Made by a program: the position numbers and the translations under genes | Shown: piece after piece, positions 1 to 10,898 of the stretch | How the letters are laid out: each line of letters starts with the position of its first letter | Numbering within the stretch: the stretch's first letter is position 1 | The notes under the pieces: model-generated | Database searches by the model: none | What the model was told of the DNA's origin: nothing | Seen by the model: the letters and a program-made list of their open reading frames with translations, nothing else | Source of the DNA: Desulfobacterales bacterium | Lineage (GTDB): Bacteria > Desulfobacterota > Desulfobacteria > Desulfobacterales > UBA2174 | NCBI GenBank assembly: GCA_963668645.2 | Contig: CAXXWC010000001.1 | Span: forward strand, 352,001 to 416,000 | Length of the DNA: 64,000 bases | Reading direction: 5' to 3'

Positions 1-1433
1 ACATCGGCGATAATCTCGCCTTCAATTTCCAGGCGCACCGGATCCTGGGCGGCCGCTTTTTCTGCATCGCGCAGCAGGGCTTCCACCGCCTCACGGCCGT
101 CGCGCCTGCACACGGCCTGGCGCGGGGTTGCACCGCCCAGGGCCGGTAAGCGCTCATTTACCCATTCCTTCCAATGAACCCGGATTATTTCGTATAAGTG
201 CCGATGGATTTCAGGGTCGTTGCGAACTTGCGCCTCGGCCCCGGAAAGTCCTTGCTCGGGCTCCAAGGCACCCGATTTTCCCAGCATGGCCCCGGGTTGG
301 CTGATCTCGTCAAGTCGCAGCTGCGCCCCGTCCCCGAGGCGTTTTTCGATCTCGGTCTTGACGGCCGCGGCGCGCGCCGCCGAGTTGACCGATATCGTCA
401 TCCGGCCATCCTCGATCTCGATGTGGGCCAGGACCGTGGCCCCCATCGCCTTGCCGGGCCCCTTCCTGGGCACCCGATTCCAATCGAACACCGCCGTGAC
501 GATGCGGCCGTCCTGGTCCTTGGCAGCCGCTTCACGCAGTTTCTTGAGGGGGGTCGAGCGGCACAGGGAGGCGAGCCGGTCGACCGCCTCGTCGGCCGAG
601 GCGATGTCATAGATCAAACGGTGAAATTCCAGGGGATCGCCGTCGCTGTTCTCAAGCTGCGGAGGACTGAAAAGGACCTGATCGATCTGGAAAAAAAACT
701 GGCGGATCTCCAAATCGAATTCGTAGAGCAGATCCGGGGTGGCCTCCTGCCCCCCGCGGGTAATAAACTGCCGGAACTGCATGATTTGCGGCTTGATGCC
801 CGGAGGGATGATAAAAGCGCTCAGACCGAGGAACATGCCGGTTCCGTCCACCGTGACCGCCCGGCCGAAAAGGATGTCTCCCGGCGCCATCGTCTGGGAG
901 CCGGTATGCTCCTCTACGGTCGTTTCGGACCCGATCAGCAGATCGCGCACCGTCACGGAGCGTCCCGGCTGGACCGCCAGCACTTCCAAAAAACTGTACT
1001 GCGCGCGGTTGACCTGACTTATCAAACGGCCTTCCGGCGACTGGGAATCCACCTTGCCGGTGGCCAGAAACAGCTCGGCGATGGTGGTCTCTTCGGGCCC
1101 ATCGAGCAGCTTCTTTTCATCCTCGATGCGGCTGTACTCCCAGTTAAAGACGAACCACGGCCAGAATAGGAGCTCGGCCCGCTCGATGCCGGCCTCATCC
1201 GGCGGCTCACCTTCCTCGGGCCAACCCAAAAACTCGCCCATGGCCAGATCCGGCGCTGCTTTTCCGAAAATCGAAACCCCGTGTTCGACCAGCAGCGGCA
1301 CGACCTTGTCAAAAGCTCGCGAAAAACGCCGGTAGGCCAGGGTTTCCGGTGCACGGGTATCCTTGTCAAGGCAACAGTGCTTGTACTTTTTGCCACTGCC
1401 GCAGGGGCACGGATCGTTGCGGCCGACTTTCAT
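1..1433 (-). CDS. SEC-C motif protein with C-terminal Xre/MbcA/ParS-like region; 3' end runs off the window
   Basis: Not in the ORF track because it has no stop in the window. I read ATG at 1433 with GGAGG upstream, giving [21 protein letters not shown] (SEC-C). The same frame near base 1 reads [22 protein letters not shown]. The middle was not fully translated. Confidence 0.8.
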   Translation of the reverse strand, partial: MKVGRNDPCPCGSGKKYKHCCLDKDTRAPETLAYRRFSRAFDKVVPLLVEHGVSIFGKAAPDLAMGEFLGWPEEGEPPDEAGIERAELLFWPWFVFNWEYSRIEDEKKLLDGPEETTIAELFLATGKVDSQSPEGRLISQVNRAQYSFLEVLAVQPGRSVTVRDLLIGSETTVEEHTGSQTMAPGDILFGRAVTVDGTGMFLGLSAFIIPPGIKPQIMQFRQFITRGGQEATPDLLYEFDLEIRQFFFQIDQVLFSPPQLENSDGDPLEFHRLIYDIASADEAVDRLASLCRSTPLKKLREAAAKDQDGRIVTAVFDWNRVPRKGPGKAMGATVLAHIEIEDGRMTISVNSAARAAAVKTEIEKRLGDGAQLRLDEISQPGAMLGKSGALEPEQGLSGAEAQVRNDPEIHRHLYEIIRVHWKEWVNERLPALGGATPRQAVCRRDGREAVEALLRDAEKAAAQDPVRLEIEGEIIAD

Positions 1434-2112
1434 GTGATCCCTCCGGAGCGAACGAGGTTGAAATTCAGGCATATCCTTACATGATGGCAGGCCACAGGAC
1501 AAGAGGCTCGCATCGGGCAAAAGGCAAGGAGGCATCGCGACCGCCGTCAGCCTCTTCGCCGTCCCTGGCGGCTCGGGTGCGCAGACTCGGCCACAAGGTG
1601 TGTAGGCAGTGACACTGGATCCGGCCATTTTTACACAATGGCATGGTTTATCGACATTATTCAACGCGATCGAAAAACGGGCAAAAACCACCTTGTCACG
1701 TCAACGCACCCTAAATCTTCGGACAGTCTAGGCCTCTCGCTTTGCCGGGACCGCCCCTGCGGCCGCCGACTGGCTTAACGCATTGAACTGTAGCTTTAAA
1801 AAAACGTCTAAATCATTATGATTACGGTTACCTGTAGCCTGATTTTTCGGGCGCGCTCCAGGATTATTCCCGGGTCGCCGTTTTTAACCCGAAGATCCGC
1901 CTTTTTTCCGCCCTTTTGGGGAGATTGCCAAATCGCGGATTCATTGAGCATTGCGGCTTCGGCATATCGGTACTTAACAAGCTCTCCGAAATCAATTTAT
2001 TTTGATATGCAAAAAATCATTTCGCTATTCGAAATATACAGGTTCGCCATGAGATCCAGACAATTCATCCAGCCCATAGAAAAGGAAGTGGTCAACTGGG
2101 ACATCAACGTCG

Positions 2113-2975
2113 GTGTTCAGAAACGGCCAGGTCGAAAGCGCTTTCGGCATTTCCTATGCCGTCAACCGCGCCGGTGAAAAGGAAGCGGTTTTTCCCACGT
2201 CGCCAGCACCGGCAACGAGATGGATCTGGATGCGGCCGATTTCATGGGCTTCATGCCGGATGATGAACAGACACGGATGGTGTTTGCCTACCTGGAGGCG
2301 GTCCGTGACGGTGCAAAATTCATCCGCCTGGCGGACAAGGCGCTTCGGGCGGGCAAACCGCTGGTGGTGCTGAAAGTCGGCAGGTCCTGGACCGGCAGCC
2401 TGGCGGCGGCGTCCCACACTGCGGTCCTGACAGGCTCGGACGAAGTCTGCGATGCCTTTTCCGCCAGAAAGGCGTGATCCGGGTCGACGATATCGAAGGA
2501 TTCATCGATCTGGCAACCGCGATGAGAGGAAACACCTCTATACCCAGGGGCCGCGGTTTGGGCATCGAGAGCATTTCCGGCGGCGGCGTGCTGTGCGCCG
2601 ACACGGCCGAGGCTTGCAGTCTCGGCGTAACAAGCCTGAAACCCAAGACCAGCGCCGTAATCGCCGAGAACATCCCCTCTTTCGGCTCCCCGGACGACCC
2701 GGTGGATGTCACGGCCCAGACCATCAACACGGCGGACGGTTTTGCCAACGTGATCCAGGCCATGCTGGCCGATCCCGGCGTGCACGGACTGGTGGTGGCC
2801 ACCATGATCGTCGGCAAACCGGGGCTGCGTACGGCAAAAGACATAGTCCGCCTCGACCAGGCGTCCGCCAAGTCGATCACAGTCGCCTGGACCGCCGGCC
2901 CCCGGTTGGATCAGCTTGATATCAACCCATTGATCGTCCTACCGCAAGGCCAAGGGGTCAAGGTGACGGTGCCCG
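2113..2975 (+). pseudogene. Fragmented ADP-forming acetate/acyl-CoA ligase family gene
   Basis: Family motifs are spread over three frames: GFSHVASTGNEMDL, KPLVVLKVGRS..G..AAASHTAVLTGSD, GVIRVDDI, SISGGGVLCAD, DPVDVTAQ, LDINPLIV. Frameshifts at ~2185 and ~2460, internal deletion at ~2900. Confidence 0.8.
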
Positions 2976-3116
2976 AAGATCCTCAAGACGGATCGCTGCC
3001 ATCGCATAGACGTATAATTGAAACGATGATTGAAGGCGTTATTTCAGTTATTAAACCATGCATTATATTGCTTTATCATAAGTTATTTCAGCACTATATG
3101 TTCTTACAATATATTG

Positions 3117-3146
3117 TTGACATATTTTAATTATATCTGTTAAATA
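3117..3146 (+). promoter_or_regulatory. Putative sigma70 promoter of the GntR-amidohydrolase-TRAP operon
   Basis: TTGACA at 3117-3122 and TTAAAT/TAAATA 17-18 nt downstream, in an AT-rich block. Confidence 0.45.
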
Positions 3147-3229
3147 GTGAAAAAATATTTTGATTATCCATTTTTCAAGCCATCAAGGCGGTGCAAAAAT
3201 CGGATCCAGCCCACCCACTGGAGGAGCCT

Positions 3230-4006
3230 ATGCCGGTACGTGGCAACAGCAAACAACGCTTGGGGGAAAAAGCCTATCAACAGATTCGTGAACGGATTAT
3301 CACCACCCGGTTACGCCCCGGCGAACAGATCGACGAAGGGGCGCTTGAGCAACAGCTCTCTATCGGGCGCACCCCAATCCGCGAGGCATTGCAGCGCCTT
3401 GCCGGCGAACGACTCCTCGAATCAGTGCCCGGCCGGGGCTTTTTCGTCAGGCCCATCAGCATCGATGACGTAAAAAGTCTTTTCGAAGCGCTCACCACCA
3501 TGGAACGTATCGCCGCCCACCTGGCGGCCCAGCGCATCGGAAAGGATCAGCTCAAACGCCTGGCCGAGGTCAGCGACCGGCACAAGGCCGCCATGGCGCG
3601 CCAGGACTTCTTCAAGGTCACCTTGTTCAACAGTGAATTTCATCACATCTTCTACGCGGCCACAGGCAACATCTTTTTACAAACGGCCCTTGAAGGCATC
3701 TATCACCAAGCCGATCGGCTCGGTTTTCTAACCTACACCAAGGAGGCCCATCCCCAAGGGATGGAAGTCTTCAACCAGAAGGCCGTCGAAGACCACGAAA
3801 GTCTGATCGAATGCTTCACGGTCGGTGACGCCGCGCAGGCCGTAAAGATCATCACGGATCACTGTCGGCGTTTTTTCCTGAGAATCTGCTACTACATGGA
3901 ACCGAAGGTCCACCCGATAGAAACCTTTCTCGACGACGATTTGTCGATGAATAAGGTCGACCCCGAACGGAATGGCATGCCTTCGAATCCGGAGGTGAAA
4001 CGATGA
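3230..4006 (+). CDS. GntR family transcriptional regulator (FCD domain)
   Basis: wHTH AYQQIRERII..LRPGEQI..LSIGRTPIREALQRL and FCD-like NSEFHHIF; GGAGGAG before ATG 3230. Confidence 0.9.
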   Translation: MPVRGNSKQRLGEKAYQQIRERIITTRLRPGEQIDEGALEQQLSIGRTPIREALQRLAGERLLESVPGRGFFVRPISIDDVKSLFEALTTMERIAAHLAAQRIGKDQLKRLAEVSDRHKAAMARQDFFKVTLFNSEFHHIFYAATGNIFLQTALEGIYHQADRLGFLTYTKEAHPQGMEVFNQKAVEDHESLIECFTVGDAAQAVKIITDHCRRFFLRICYYMEPKVHPIETFLDDDLSMNKVDPERNGMPSNPEVKR

Positions 4007-5238
4007 ACACGACCGTTTTGACCAACGTTACCATCATCGACGGCACCGGTGCCGATCCACTGGAAAACGCCACCCTCGTGATCGAAAACTCACGGATCAG
4101 GGAGGTGTACCAGGGGTTGGCCGGAGTGCTGCCTGCCGGGACCTGCGTGATCGATGGCCGCGGCCAGTATCTGATGCCGGGATTGATCGACGGCCACGTT
4201 CACACCGGGTCGATTGAGTCGAGCATCGGCGAGCAGCACCGCCGCTGCCTGCCGTCCTATACCTTGCTGCGCAGCTTGAAGGTCATCCGCGAAACCCTAG
4301 ATCAGGGGTTTACCAGTGTACGCGACTGCGGCGGGGCCGACGCCGGGCTACGCCAGGCCTTGGTCGAGGGAATCGTCGACGGACCGCGGCTTTTCATATC
4401 CGGCCGGGTCCTGTCGCAGACCGGAGGGCATGGTGATTTCCGTCTGGCCGCCGAAATGTACACACCGCTGGAAGGCGTCTGCGGCGTAGCCTGTGGAATC
4501 TATGACGGGGTCGACGCCGTGCGCCGTGCAGCTCGCGAGCAGCTGCGCCAGGGGGTCGACTTCATCAAGTTAATGGCCGGCGGCGGTTGCGCCTCGCCAG
4601 CCGACGAAATCACCAGTTCCCAATACTCGCCCGAAGAACTCCGGGCCGCGGTCTTCGAGGCTGAATCGACCGGCAAATATGTAGCAGCCCACTGCTACGC
4701 CGATCGCAGCATCATTCTGTGCGCCGAAGCCGGTGTGCGCACCATTGAGCATGGCAACCTGATGACCGAGGTCGGGGCCGAGGCCATGAGACGGGCTGGT
4801 GCCTACCTCGTGCCGACCCTGGTGACGTACGAAGTCATGGCGCGCGACGGTGAAAAATACGGACTGGCCGATTTCCAGCGACGCAAGACGGCCATCGCCC
4901 TGGAGCGCGGTGCCGAAGCCGTGGCCCTGGCCCAACGCAAGGGCATCCCGATAGGCTCTGGCAGCGATCTTCTCGGCCCGATGCAGATCCACAAGGGCGA
5001 GCAGCTGGCCCTGCTGGCGCGGGTACTGGGACCGATGGGCGCCATCGTGGCAACGACCCGCACCAACGCCGAGATCATCGGCCAGCAGGATCATCTGGGG
5101 ACCATCGCTCCAGGCAAACTGGCCGACCTGATCCTGGTCAACCGCGACCCGCTGGCAGACATGACCGTATTCCAAAACTACCGGGAAAACATCACCCTGA
5201 TCGTGCAAGGCGGCAGGATCTACAAAAACATACTGTAG
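4003..5238 (+). CDS. Metal-dependent amidohydrolase (Xaa-Pro dipeptidase-like subgroup)
   Basis: MPGLIDGHVH, GFTSVRDCGG, SQTGGHGD, IKLMAGGG, AAH, IEHG, GSD, PGKLADLI. Confidence 0.9.
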   Translation: MNTTVLTNVTIIDGTGADPLENATLVIENSRIREVYQGLAGVLPAGTCVIDGRGQYLMPGLIDGHVHTGSIESSIGEQHRRCLPSYTLLRSLKVIRETLDQGFTSVRDCGGADAGLRQALVEGIVDGPRLFISGRVLSQTGGHGDFRLAAEMYTPLEGVCGVACGIYDGVDAVRRAAREQLRQGVDFIKLMAGGGCASPADEITSSQYSPEELRAAVFEAESTGKYVAAHCYADRSIILCAEAGVRTIEHGNLMTEVGAEAMRRAGAYLVPTLVTYEVMARDGEKYGLADFQRRKTAIALERGAEAVALAQRKGIPIGSGSDLLGPMQIHKGEQLALLARVLGPMGAIVATTRTNAEIIGQQDHLGTIAPGKLADLILVNRDPLADMTVFQNYRENITLIVQGGRIYKNIL

Positions 5239-5295
5239 CGCGGCCGCATTAAAAGACGTGCTGGAAGGTTGATCCTACAACGACAGGAGGAAAGC

Positions 5296-6438
5296 ATGAA
5301 AACGCGTAGTCGGGTATTGGTGGCATTTGTGGTCGCGGCGGCCTGTTGCCTTGGACTGACCGTATCGTCAGCCCTGGCCAAGGAGTTCATCGCCAACACC
5401 TTCTTTCCGGACAAGCATCCGCTGGCCAAGTACTGCTATATCCAATGGGCCAAAGACCTGGAAAAAGCCTCTGGCGGCAAGCTCAAGGCCAAGGTCTTCA
5501 CCGGCACCGTTCTGCTCGAACCGCGCGCCAATCTGAGCGGCGTGCGCGACGGCGTGGCCCAGGTGGCCTACCAGGCGGCCATGTACACTCCGGCAGACCT
5601 GCCACTGGCCAACGCCTTGCAGGAGACCGGTTTCGCCTACTCCGATCCGCTGGTGGCCATGGTGGCGGTGACAGAGTTTTCCATGACCAACCCCCAACAG
5701 CTGGCCGAGTGGAAAAAGGCCGGGATCGTCTACGGCGGCGGCTACTGCACGCCAGGCTACTGCCTGATGTGCACCCAGCCGGTGCGCGACATGAACGAGG
5801 TCAAGGGCAAGAAGCTGCGCACTTCCGGGGCGGCCAACAGCCGCTGGGCCGAATCGGTGGGGGCCGTGCCGGTCAACGTGCCGTCGAGCGAAATGTACAC
5901 CGGCTTGGAAAAGCGCAGCATCGACTGCGCCACCAACGTGGTCAGCGACCTGAAGGACCGCAGCCTCTGGGATGTGGCCAAACACACCACCTTGATTTCT
6001 CTGGGTATGTACTGGGGCGGCCCGAAATGGGGCTGGAATCGCGACTACTGGAACAGCAAGCTGACCGCCGAAGAGCGCCGCATCATCTTCGATGTTACCG
6101 CCCAAGCCATGGCCAACGTTTATGTCGGATACCAAAAAGCCATCGACGAGGCGCTCAATCAAAGCGCCGAGCACAAGGTGAACATCTACGAACCTGGGGC
6201 CGATCTGCTCCAATCGCTCGATCGCTTCAACGAGGCCAACCGCAGCGAAGTGATCAAGATGGTCCGCGAAAAATACAAGATTGAAGATCCCGAACCGCTG
6301 TTGGCAGAGTTCGCGGCGCTTAACAAGAAATGGCACGAACGTTTTGCCCAGATAGATCGCAAGGATGCCATGGCCATCGGTAAAATCATCAAGGAGGAAC
6401 TCTACGACAAGATCGATGCGGCTACTTACGGACGCTAA
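5296..6438 (+). CDS. dctP: TRAP transporter substrate-binding protein (DctP family)
   Basis: Signal peptide, KGKKLRT..GAVPVNVPSSEMYTGLEK motif, AGGAGG RBS, followed by DctQ and DctM. Confidence 0.88.
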   Translation: MKTRSRVLVAFVVAAACCLGLTVSSALAKEFIANTFFPDKHPLAKYCYIQWAKDLEKASGGKLKAKVFTGTVLLEPRANLSGVRDGVAQVAYQAAMYTPADLPLANALQETGFAYSDPLVAMVAVTEFSMTNPQQLAEWKKAGIVYGGGYCTPGYCLMCTQPVRDMNEVKGKKLRTSGAANSRWAESVGAVPVNVPSSEMYTGLEKRSIDCATNVVSDLKDRSLWDVAKHTTLISLGMYWGGPKWGWNRDYWNSKLTAEERRIIFDVTAQAMANVYVGYQKAIDEALNQSAEHKVNIYEPGADLLQSLDRFNEANRSEVIKMVREKYKIEDPEPLLAEFAALNKKWHERFAQIDRKDAMAIGKIIKEELYDKIDAATYGR

Positions 6439-6552
6439 TCTCAGCAAGCGTCTGGCCTTTGGGTGGTTAACCACGGGAGAGCTGCGGCGACGGCCGTTCA
6501 GTCCGTCTGGGCCGGAAGCCCATAGACGCCCTCCTTTCGACCCGGGAGCGTT

Positions 6553-7077
6553 GTGATCATGTTTGCTAAATGCGTTACCACCGCCAGCCGTGCCTTCATG
6601 GTTATGGCTGGGGTCTTTCTGGTCCTGATGATGGGGCACGTCACCATCGACGTGGTGGCCAAATACCTGTTCAACGCCCCGATCACGGGCACCGTCGAGA
6701 CCGTCACGTACTACTACATGGTAAGCGTCGTGTTCCTGCCCCTGGCGCTGGTCGAACTGCGCAGCGAACATATCTACGTCGATCTGTTCATCCGCCGGCT
6801 GCCGGCCCGGATTCAGATGCGGATCTACGTCTTTGCCTGTCTGTGCGGCATACTCTATTTCAGCGGCATGGCCTACCAGACCTTTCTGGATGCCGTCCAT
6901 TCCACGGTCCAGCAGGAGACGGTGATGTCCAACTACATATTTTATGTCTGGCCCAGCCGCTGGGCCCTTCCCATCGGCATGGGGGGCATCGTGTTCGCCC
7001 TGGCGGTCAACATCGGCCGGGCCCTTAAGGCCGGCAGGCCCATCGAGGCGGGAAAGGAAGAGGACACGGCGCAATGA
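6553..7077 (+). CDS. dctQ: TRAP transporter small permease
   Basis: About 4 TM helices, EHIYVDLF motif, located between dctP and dctM. Confidence 0.88.
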   Translation: MIMFAKCVTTASRAFMVMAGVFLVLMMGHVTIDVVAKYLFNAPITGTVETVTYYYMVSVVFLPLALVELRSEHIYVDLFIRRLPARIQMRIYVFACLCGILYFSGMAYQTFLDAVHSTVQQETVMSNYIFYVWPSRWALPIGMGGIVFALAVNIGRALKAGRPIEAGKEEDTAQ

Positions 7078-8384
7078 GTTCAACAATGATCGGCTTAACC
7101 GGCGTGATCCTGACCCTGGTGCTCATCGCTCTGCGGGTGCCTATCGCAGTGGCCATGGGGCTGGTTTCCTTTTTCGGCATCGCGGCACTGACCAGTGCCA
7201 AGGCGGCCTGGGGGATCATCACCGCCACGCCCTTCAACTTCATCGGCAACTGGAGTTTTACCGCAGTACCCGGCTTTCTGATGATGGGCTACATCTGCAC
7301 CACCACCGGCATGACGCGCAACCTGTTCCGGTCGATGCGCATCCTGCTCTCGCGTCTGCCCGGAGGCCTGGCAGTGACCAGCGTAGGGGCCTGCGCCCTG
7401 TTTGCCGCCGCCTCGGGCTCCAGCGTGGCCACGGCCTCGGCCATGGCCCGCATTGCGGTGCCCGAGATGCTGCGCAACCGGTACCATCCGGGCCTGGCCA
7501 GCGGGGTTATCGCCGCATCGGGCACCTTGGGGTCGCTGATTCCACCGAGCGTCTTGATGATCCTCTACGGGGTATATGCCGAGGTGTCCATCGGCAAGCT
7601 GTTCATGGCCGGCTTTCTGCCGGGGATACTCTCGGCGGCCATCTACATGGCGATGATCATCATCCGGGTCAAGCTCAATCCGTCTCTGGCACCGCCGGTT
7701 ACCGAAGCCTACTCGCGCCGGGACGTCTGGGGGGCCATCCACCAGGTTTGGCCCCTGCCGGCCCTGGTAACCTTTGTTCTCGGAGGCATCTTTACCGGTG
7801 TCTTTTCACCCACCGAGGCCGGGGCCATCGGCGCCTTCACCGCCACCCTGATTGCCTTGCTGCGCCGCGCCCTGACCCGCGAAAATTTCTTTCAGGCCCT
7901 GGTCAATACTGCCAGTTCCACCACCAGCATCTTCATCATCCTGGTGGGCACGATGTTCATCACCACCTTTCTGGCCCTCTCCGGTCTGCCGACCTACCTG
8001 GCCGAGGTGATGCTGGGGGTGAGCACCTCCAAGCTGTGGATTCTCTTTGCCGTGGCGGTGCTCTACGTGTTCATGGGGATGTTTGTCGAGACGATCGGAC
8101 TGCTGCTGCTCACCTTGCCGTTGATCCTGCCGGTGGTCAACGGGGCCGAGATGAATCTGATCTGGTTCGGCATCGTGGTGATTAAGCTGCTCGAGGTGGG
8201 TCTGGTAACACCCCCGGTGGGGCTCAACGTCTACGTCATCAAGGGAGCGGTCGGCAACCTGGTGGCCTTGGAAGACGTCTTCCGTGGCGTGCTGTGGTTC
8301 ATCGCAATGGACGTTTTGACGCTGATCATCATCATCGCCTTTCCCTGGTTGTCGCTGTTTTTGCCGAGCATTATGAGCGGCTGA
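7074..8384 (+). CDS. dctM: TRAP transporter large permease
   Basis: FAAASGSSVAT, GTLGSLIPPS, FSPTEAGA, GLVTPPVGLNVYV. Confidence 0.93.
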   Translation: MSSTMIGLTGVILTLVLIALRVPIAVAMGLVSFFGIAALTSAKAAWGIITATPFNFIGNWSFTAVPGFLMMGYICTTTGMTRNLFRSMRILLSRLPGGLAVTSVGACALFAAASGSSVATASAMARIAVPEMLRNRYHPGLASGVIAASGTLGSLIPPSVLMILYGVYAEVSIGKLFMAGFLPGILSAAIYMAMIIIRVKLNPSLAPPVTEAYSRRDVWGAIHQVWPLPALVTFVLGGIFTGVFSPTEAGAIGAFTATLIALLRRALTRENFFQALVNTASSTTSIFIILVGTMFITTFLALSGLPTYLAEVMLGVSTSKLWILFAVAVLYVFMGMFVETIGLLLLTLPLILPVVNGAEMNLIWFGIVVIKLLEVGLVTPPVGLNVYVIKGAVGNLVALEDVFRGVLWFIAMDVLTLIIIIAFPWLSLFLPSIMSG

Positions 8385-8411
8385 GCACGCATCCGACGGC
8401 TATGGTTGTTG

Positions 8412-8447
8412 CGCCGGCGGCCGCATTGCGGCCGCCGGCGTTTTTTT
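8412..8447 (+). terminator. Rho-independent terminator after dctM
   Basis: 14-bp perfect inverted repeat CGCCGGCGGCCGCA / TGCGGCCGCCGGCG followed by T7. Confidence 0.85.
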
Positions 8448-8566
8448 GACCCACCGCGCACCTCTTCCCGCCAGGATCAATCTTCGAAAAACTTCAACTC
8501 GCAATGCGAAATAGAAAAGGCCTGCTCGGAGCGAGGTGTGGCCGGCAACTGATGCGGATATAAGTT

Positions 8567-9226
8567 TTACAAAAAAGAACGGATAAAACGCCGCACCGCC
8601 TCTTTGCCCTTGATCACGCCGAAATGCCCCTCACAGAGAATATCGGCTTCCAAGGCGGCCATCTGCTCAAGGCTGCGGCGGTAGTCGGCGCGGTTGGAGC
8701 GCAGCCTCCGGTCCAACGGCCCGTGGACGTCCTGGCCGAAAAGGACTCGCAGGCCCTCGGACTCGACGAGGTAAACCAACGAGCCGGGAGAGTGTCCGGG
8801 CATGTGCAGGGCTTCGATGAGACGCGAACCGAGCGCGATGGTCCCCCTGGACTGGTCGATCTTTCGGTCCACCGTCACCGGCGTCAGCGATGCCCCATAC
8901 CAGGAAGCGGCACTGATCTCATCGTCGCCGCTCTCCATGACTTCGGCATCCAGACGATGGGCCACCACGGACAGGTTCAGCCGGTTTCTGAGTTCGGCCG
9001 TGCCGCCGGTGTGGTCGTAGTGACAGTGGGTGATGAGCAGCGTTTCGATCCGTTCGGGTTCCACGTTCCAGGAACGCACGTTTTCCATCAGCCGGTCGTT
9101 CCGGCCGCCGCAGCCGGCATCCACCAAGGCCGCACGGTCCTCCCAAGCCAACAGGTATACCGCAGCATCCCGGGGCGAGGTAAGCCCTTCTCCGCCCACC
9201 TGAAAAATTTCATCGGTGATCTGCAT
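8567..9226 (-). CDS. MBL-fold metallo-hydrolase
   Basis: THCHYDH, PGHSPGS, QDVHG, CEGH motifs; start taken at MQITDEIF. Confidence 0.88.
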   Translation of the reverse strand: MQITDEIFQVGGEGLTSPRDAAVYLLAWEDRAALVDAGCGGRNDRLMENVRSWNVEPERIETLLITHCHYDHTGGTAELRNRLNLSVVAHRLDAEVMESGDDEISAASWYGASLTPVTVDRKIDQSRGTIALGSRLIEALHMPGHSPGSLVYLVESEGLRVLFGQDVHGPLDRRLRSNRADYRRSLEQMAALEADILCEGHFGVIKGKEAVRRFIRSFL

Positions 9227-9264
9227 CAATGCCCTCCCTCTTTCAATGGCCTCTGCTGCGGCGC

Positions 9265-10605
9265 TTATCGACCACGGGGGTCGACAATTACCACATTGAA
9301 CCCTTTTTCTCTGAGGGCCCTGGCCACCCAGTTCGCATCCTTTTGAGTCTCGAACGCCCCGATGCACCCGTCCGGGTAGGTGGACAGGCCGATCCATGGG
9401 AATTTTTCCGGAAAAGCGGGCGATCCTTCGACTTGGACCAGGCTCCATGGACGGTGCACGAGGATCGCGTCTTTAAAACGCCCCTTTCTGATATGGCGAA
9501 GTGCCTCTTCGGCCTCTGAGTAGCTCAGGTAGCGGCCTAAATAGATGCGATACCAGGTACCACGCCCCGGGATTTGAGCCGGTGCACAAAAAGCTGGATC
9601 CCCTTTCGCTTTCAGATTGCCGACGAGCCTGATGGCCTTCTCCGGGGAGTTGAAGGATGCGATCTGAACGCTATACGGCGGCGGGGCAGGCACCGTCCGG
9701 CCAACGGCCGAACCGGCAGCCGAAGAAGCATCCGATGCGGGTGCGCTGCGAGGCGCACGCTTTTGCCCGTCGGCAGAGGACCGCTTCGCCGGGGCCACCG
9801 GCTCGGGTGCGACGCTTCCGGTCGGGGCCTGCGCCACAAGCGCCGGAGCGCCTTCAGGACTGCCAGATGCGCTTTTTTCAACCGGCTGGAGTTTGTGATA
9901 TGAGGGCTGGCGCCAGGCCTGGTTGCTTTCATAAAGGGCCAGGCGCTTTGCGTAAACCGCTTCTTCGGCCTGAGCCCCCTTGGCACGACTCATCTCGATG
10001 ACGCGTTTCTGAATTATCCGTGCGATGGCAAATTGACCCAGTTCCGCGTAGGCCGCCGCCAGAGAATCGAAGACCGCCATCTCCCGGCTCAACTCCGACG
10101 CCCGGCGGGCCAGCGCCAAAGCCCTCAAGCCGTCGCGCAATTCATCTTCGGGGCAAGTGGCAAAAAACCAGGCCAACTGGTTGAGCAGGACCGGATCTTC
10201 CGGGGTCAGGTCAAACGCTGCCTGCAAATCGCCCAGGGCGGCATCCCAACGCCCGGCACCTTGGTAGACCTTGGCGCGCAGCAGATAGGCGCTTGGATCT
10301 TCAGGGGTCAGCGCCACCAACCGATTGCAATCCTCCAGGCAGCGAGGATAGTCCTCCAGATGAAACAAAACCGTGGCCCGCTGGCGATACACCGTGGGGT
10401 GATCTGGAGCGGCGGCTGCGGCCCGATCAAAGGCCGCAACGGCCTCCTCGAAACGCCCCTGGGCCATCAGTTCGGTGCCCAGATGAAGGTCGTCCCCGCT
10501 TGACGCCGGCTTTCCATCGGTGGGCCAGATGGATAAAAAAATCACAAGGATAAAGCAGGTCGTCGTTCGTTTCAGAAACTCGGCATAGTGGTATTGGGGT
10601 CCCAC
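9265..10605 (-). CDS. TPR + SPOR domain protein, probably exported; start uncertain
   Basis: Hydrophobic N-terminus, TPRs including NQLAWFFATCPEDELRDG, Pro/Ala linker, SPOR-like YSVQIASF..WYRIYLGRY. Confidence 0.8.
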   Translation of the reverse strand: MGPQYHYAEFLKRTTTCFILVIFLSIWPTDGKPASSGDDLHLGTELMAQGRFEEAVAAFDRAAAAAPDHPTVYRQRATVLFHLEDYPRCLEDCNRLVALTPEDPSAYLLRAKVYQGAGRWDAALGDLQAAFDLTPEDPVLLNQLAWFFATCPEDELRDGLRALALARRASELSREMAVFDSLAAAYAELGQFAIARIIQKRVIEMSRAKGAQAEEAVYAKRLALYESNQAWRQPSYHKLQPVEKSASGSPEGAPALVAQAPTGSVAPEPVAPAKRSSADGQKRAPRSAPASDASSAAGSAVGRTVPAPPPYSVQIASFNSPEKAIRLVGNLKAKGDPAFCAPAQIPGRGTWYRIYLGRYLSYSEAEEALRHIRKGRFKDAILVHRPWSLVQVEGSPAFPEKFPWIGLSTYPDGCIGAFETQKDANWVARALREKGFNVVIVDPRGR

Positions 10606-10771
10606 TGGGCGGCATCATCCTGGAAATCGGAAGGATTCACCCCGTATCCGGGGCGGGGTGCTTCTGCGTTCGGCAAGGGTGAAATTGTCCCCGCAACGGT
10701 CGGATCACATCGTTCTGGCCTTTTGAAAAACCGGCCAGCGGCATCCCGCAGGCATTGGCATGAAACCGCTG

Positions 10772-10859
10772 TGGTGCCCGGGACCGGGATCGAACCGGTA
10801 CGGTGCATTGCACCGAGAGATTTTAAGTCTCTTGCGTCTACCTGTTCCGCCACCCGGGC
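10772..10859 (-). tRNA. tRNA-Leu (anticodon TAA)
   Basis: GCCCGGG acceptor stem, anticodon arm AGAGA-CTTAAAA-TCTCT, long variable arm, GGTTCGATCCC, encoded CCA. Confidence 0.97.
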
Positions 10860-10898
10860 AGCGTGTCATGTTTTCTTATCTGCGTGTCAGTGCTAAAA

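Noticed and set aside
198..1169. 323-aa plus-strand ORF
   Set aside because: Antisense shadow of the minus-strand SEC-C gene
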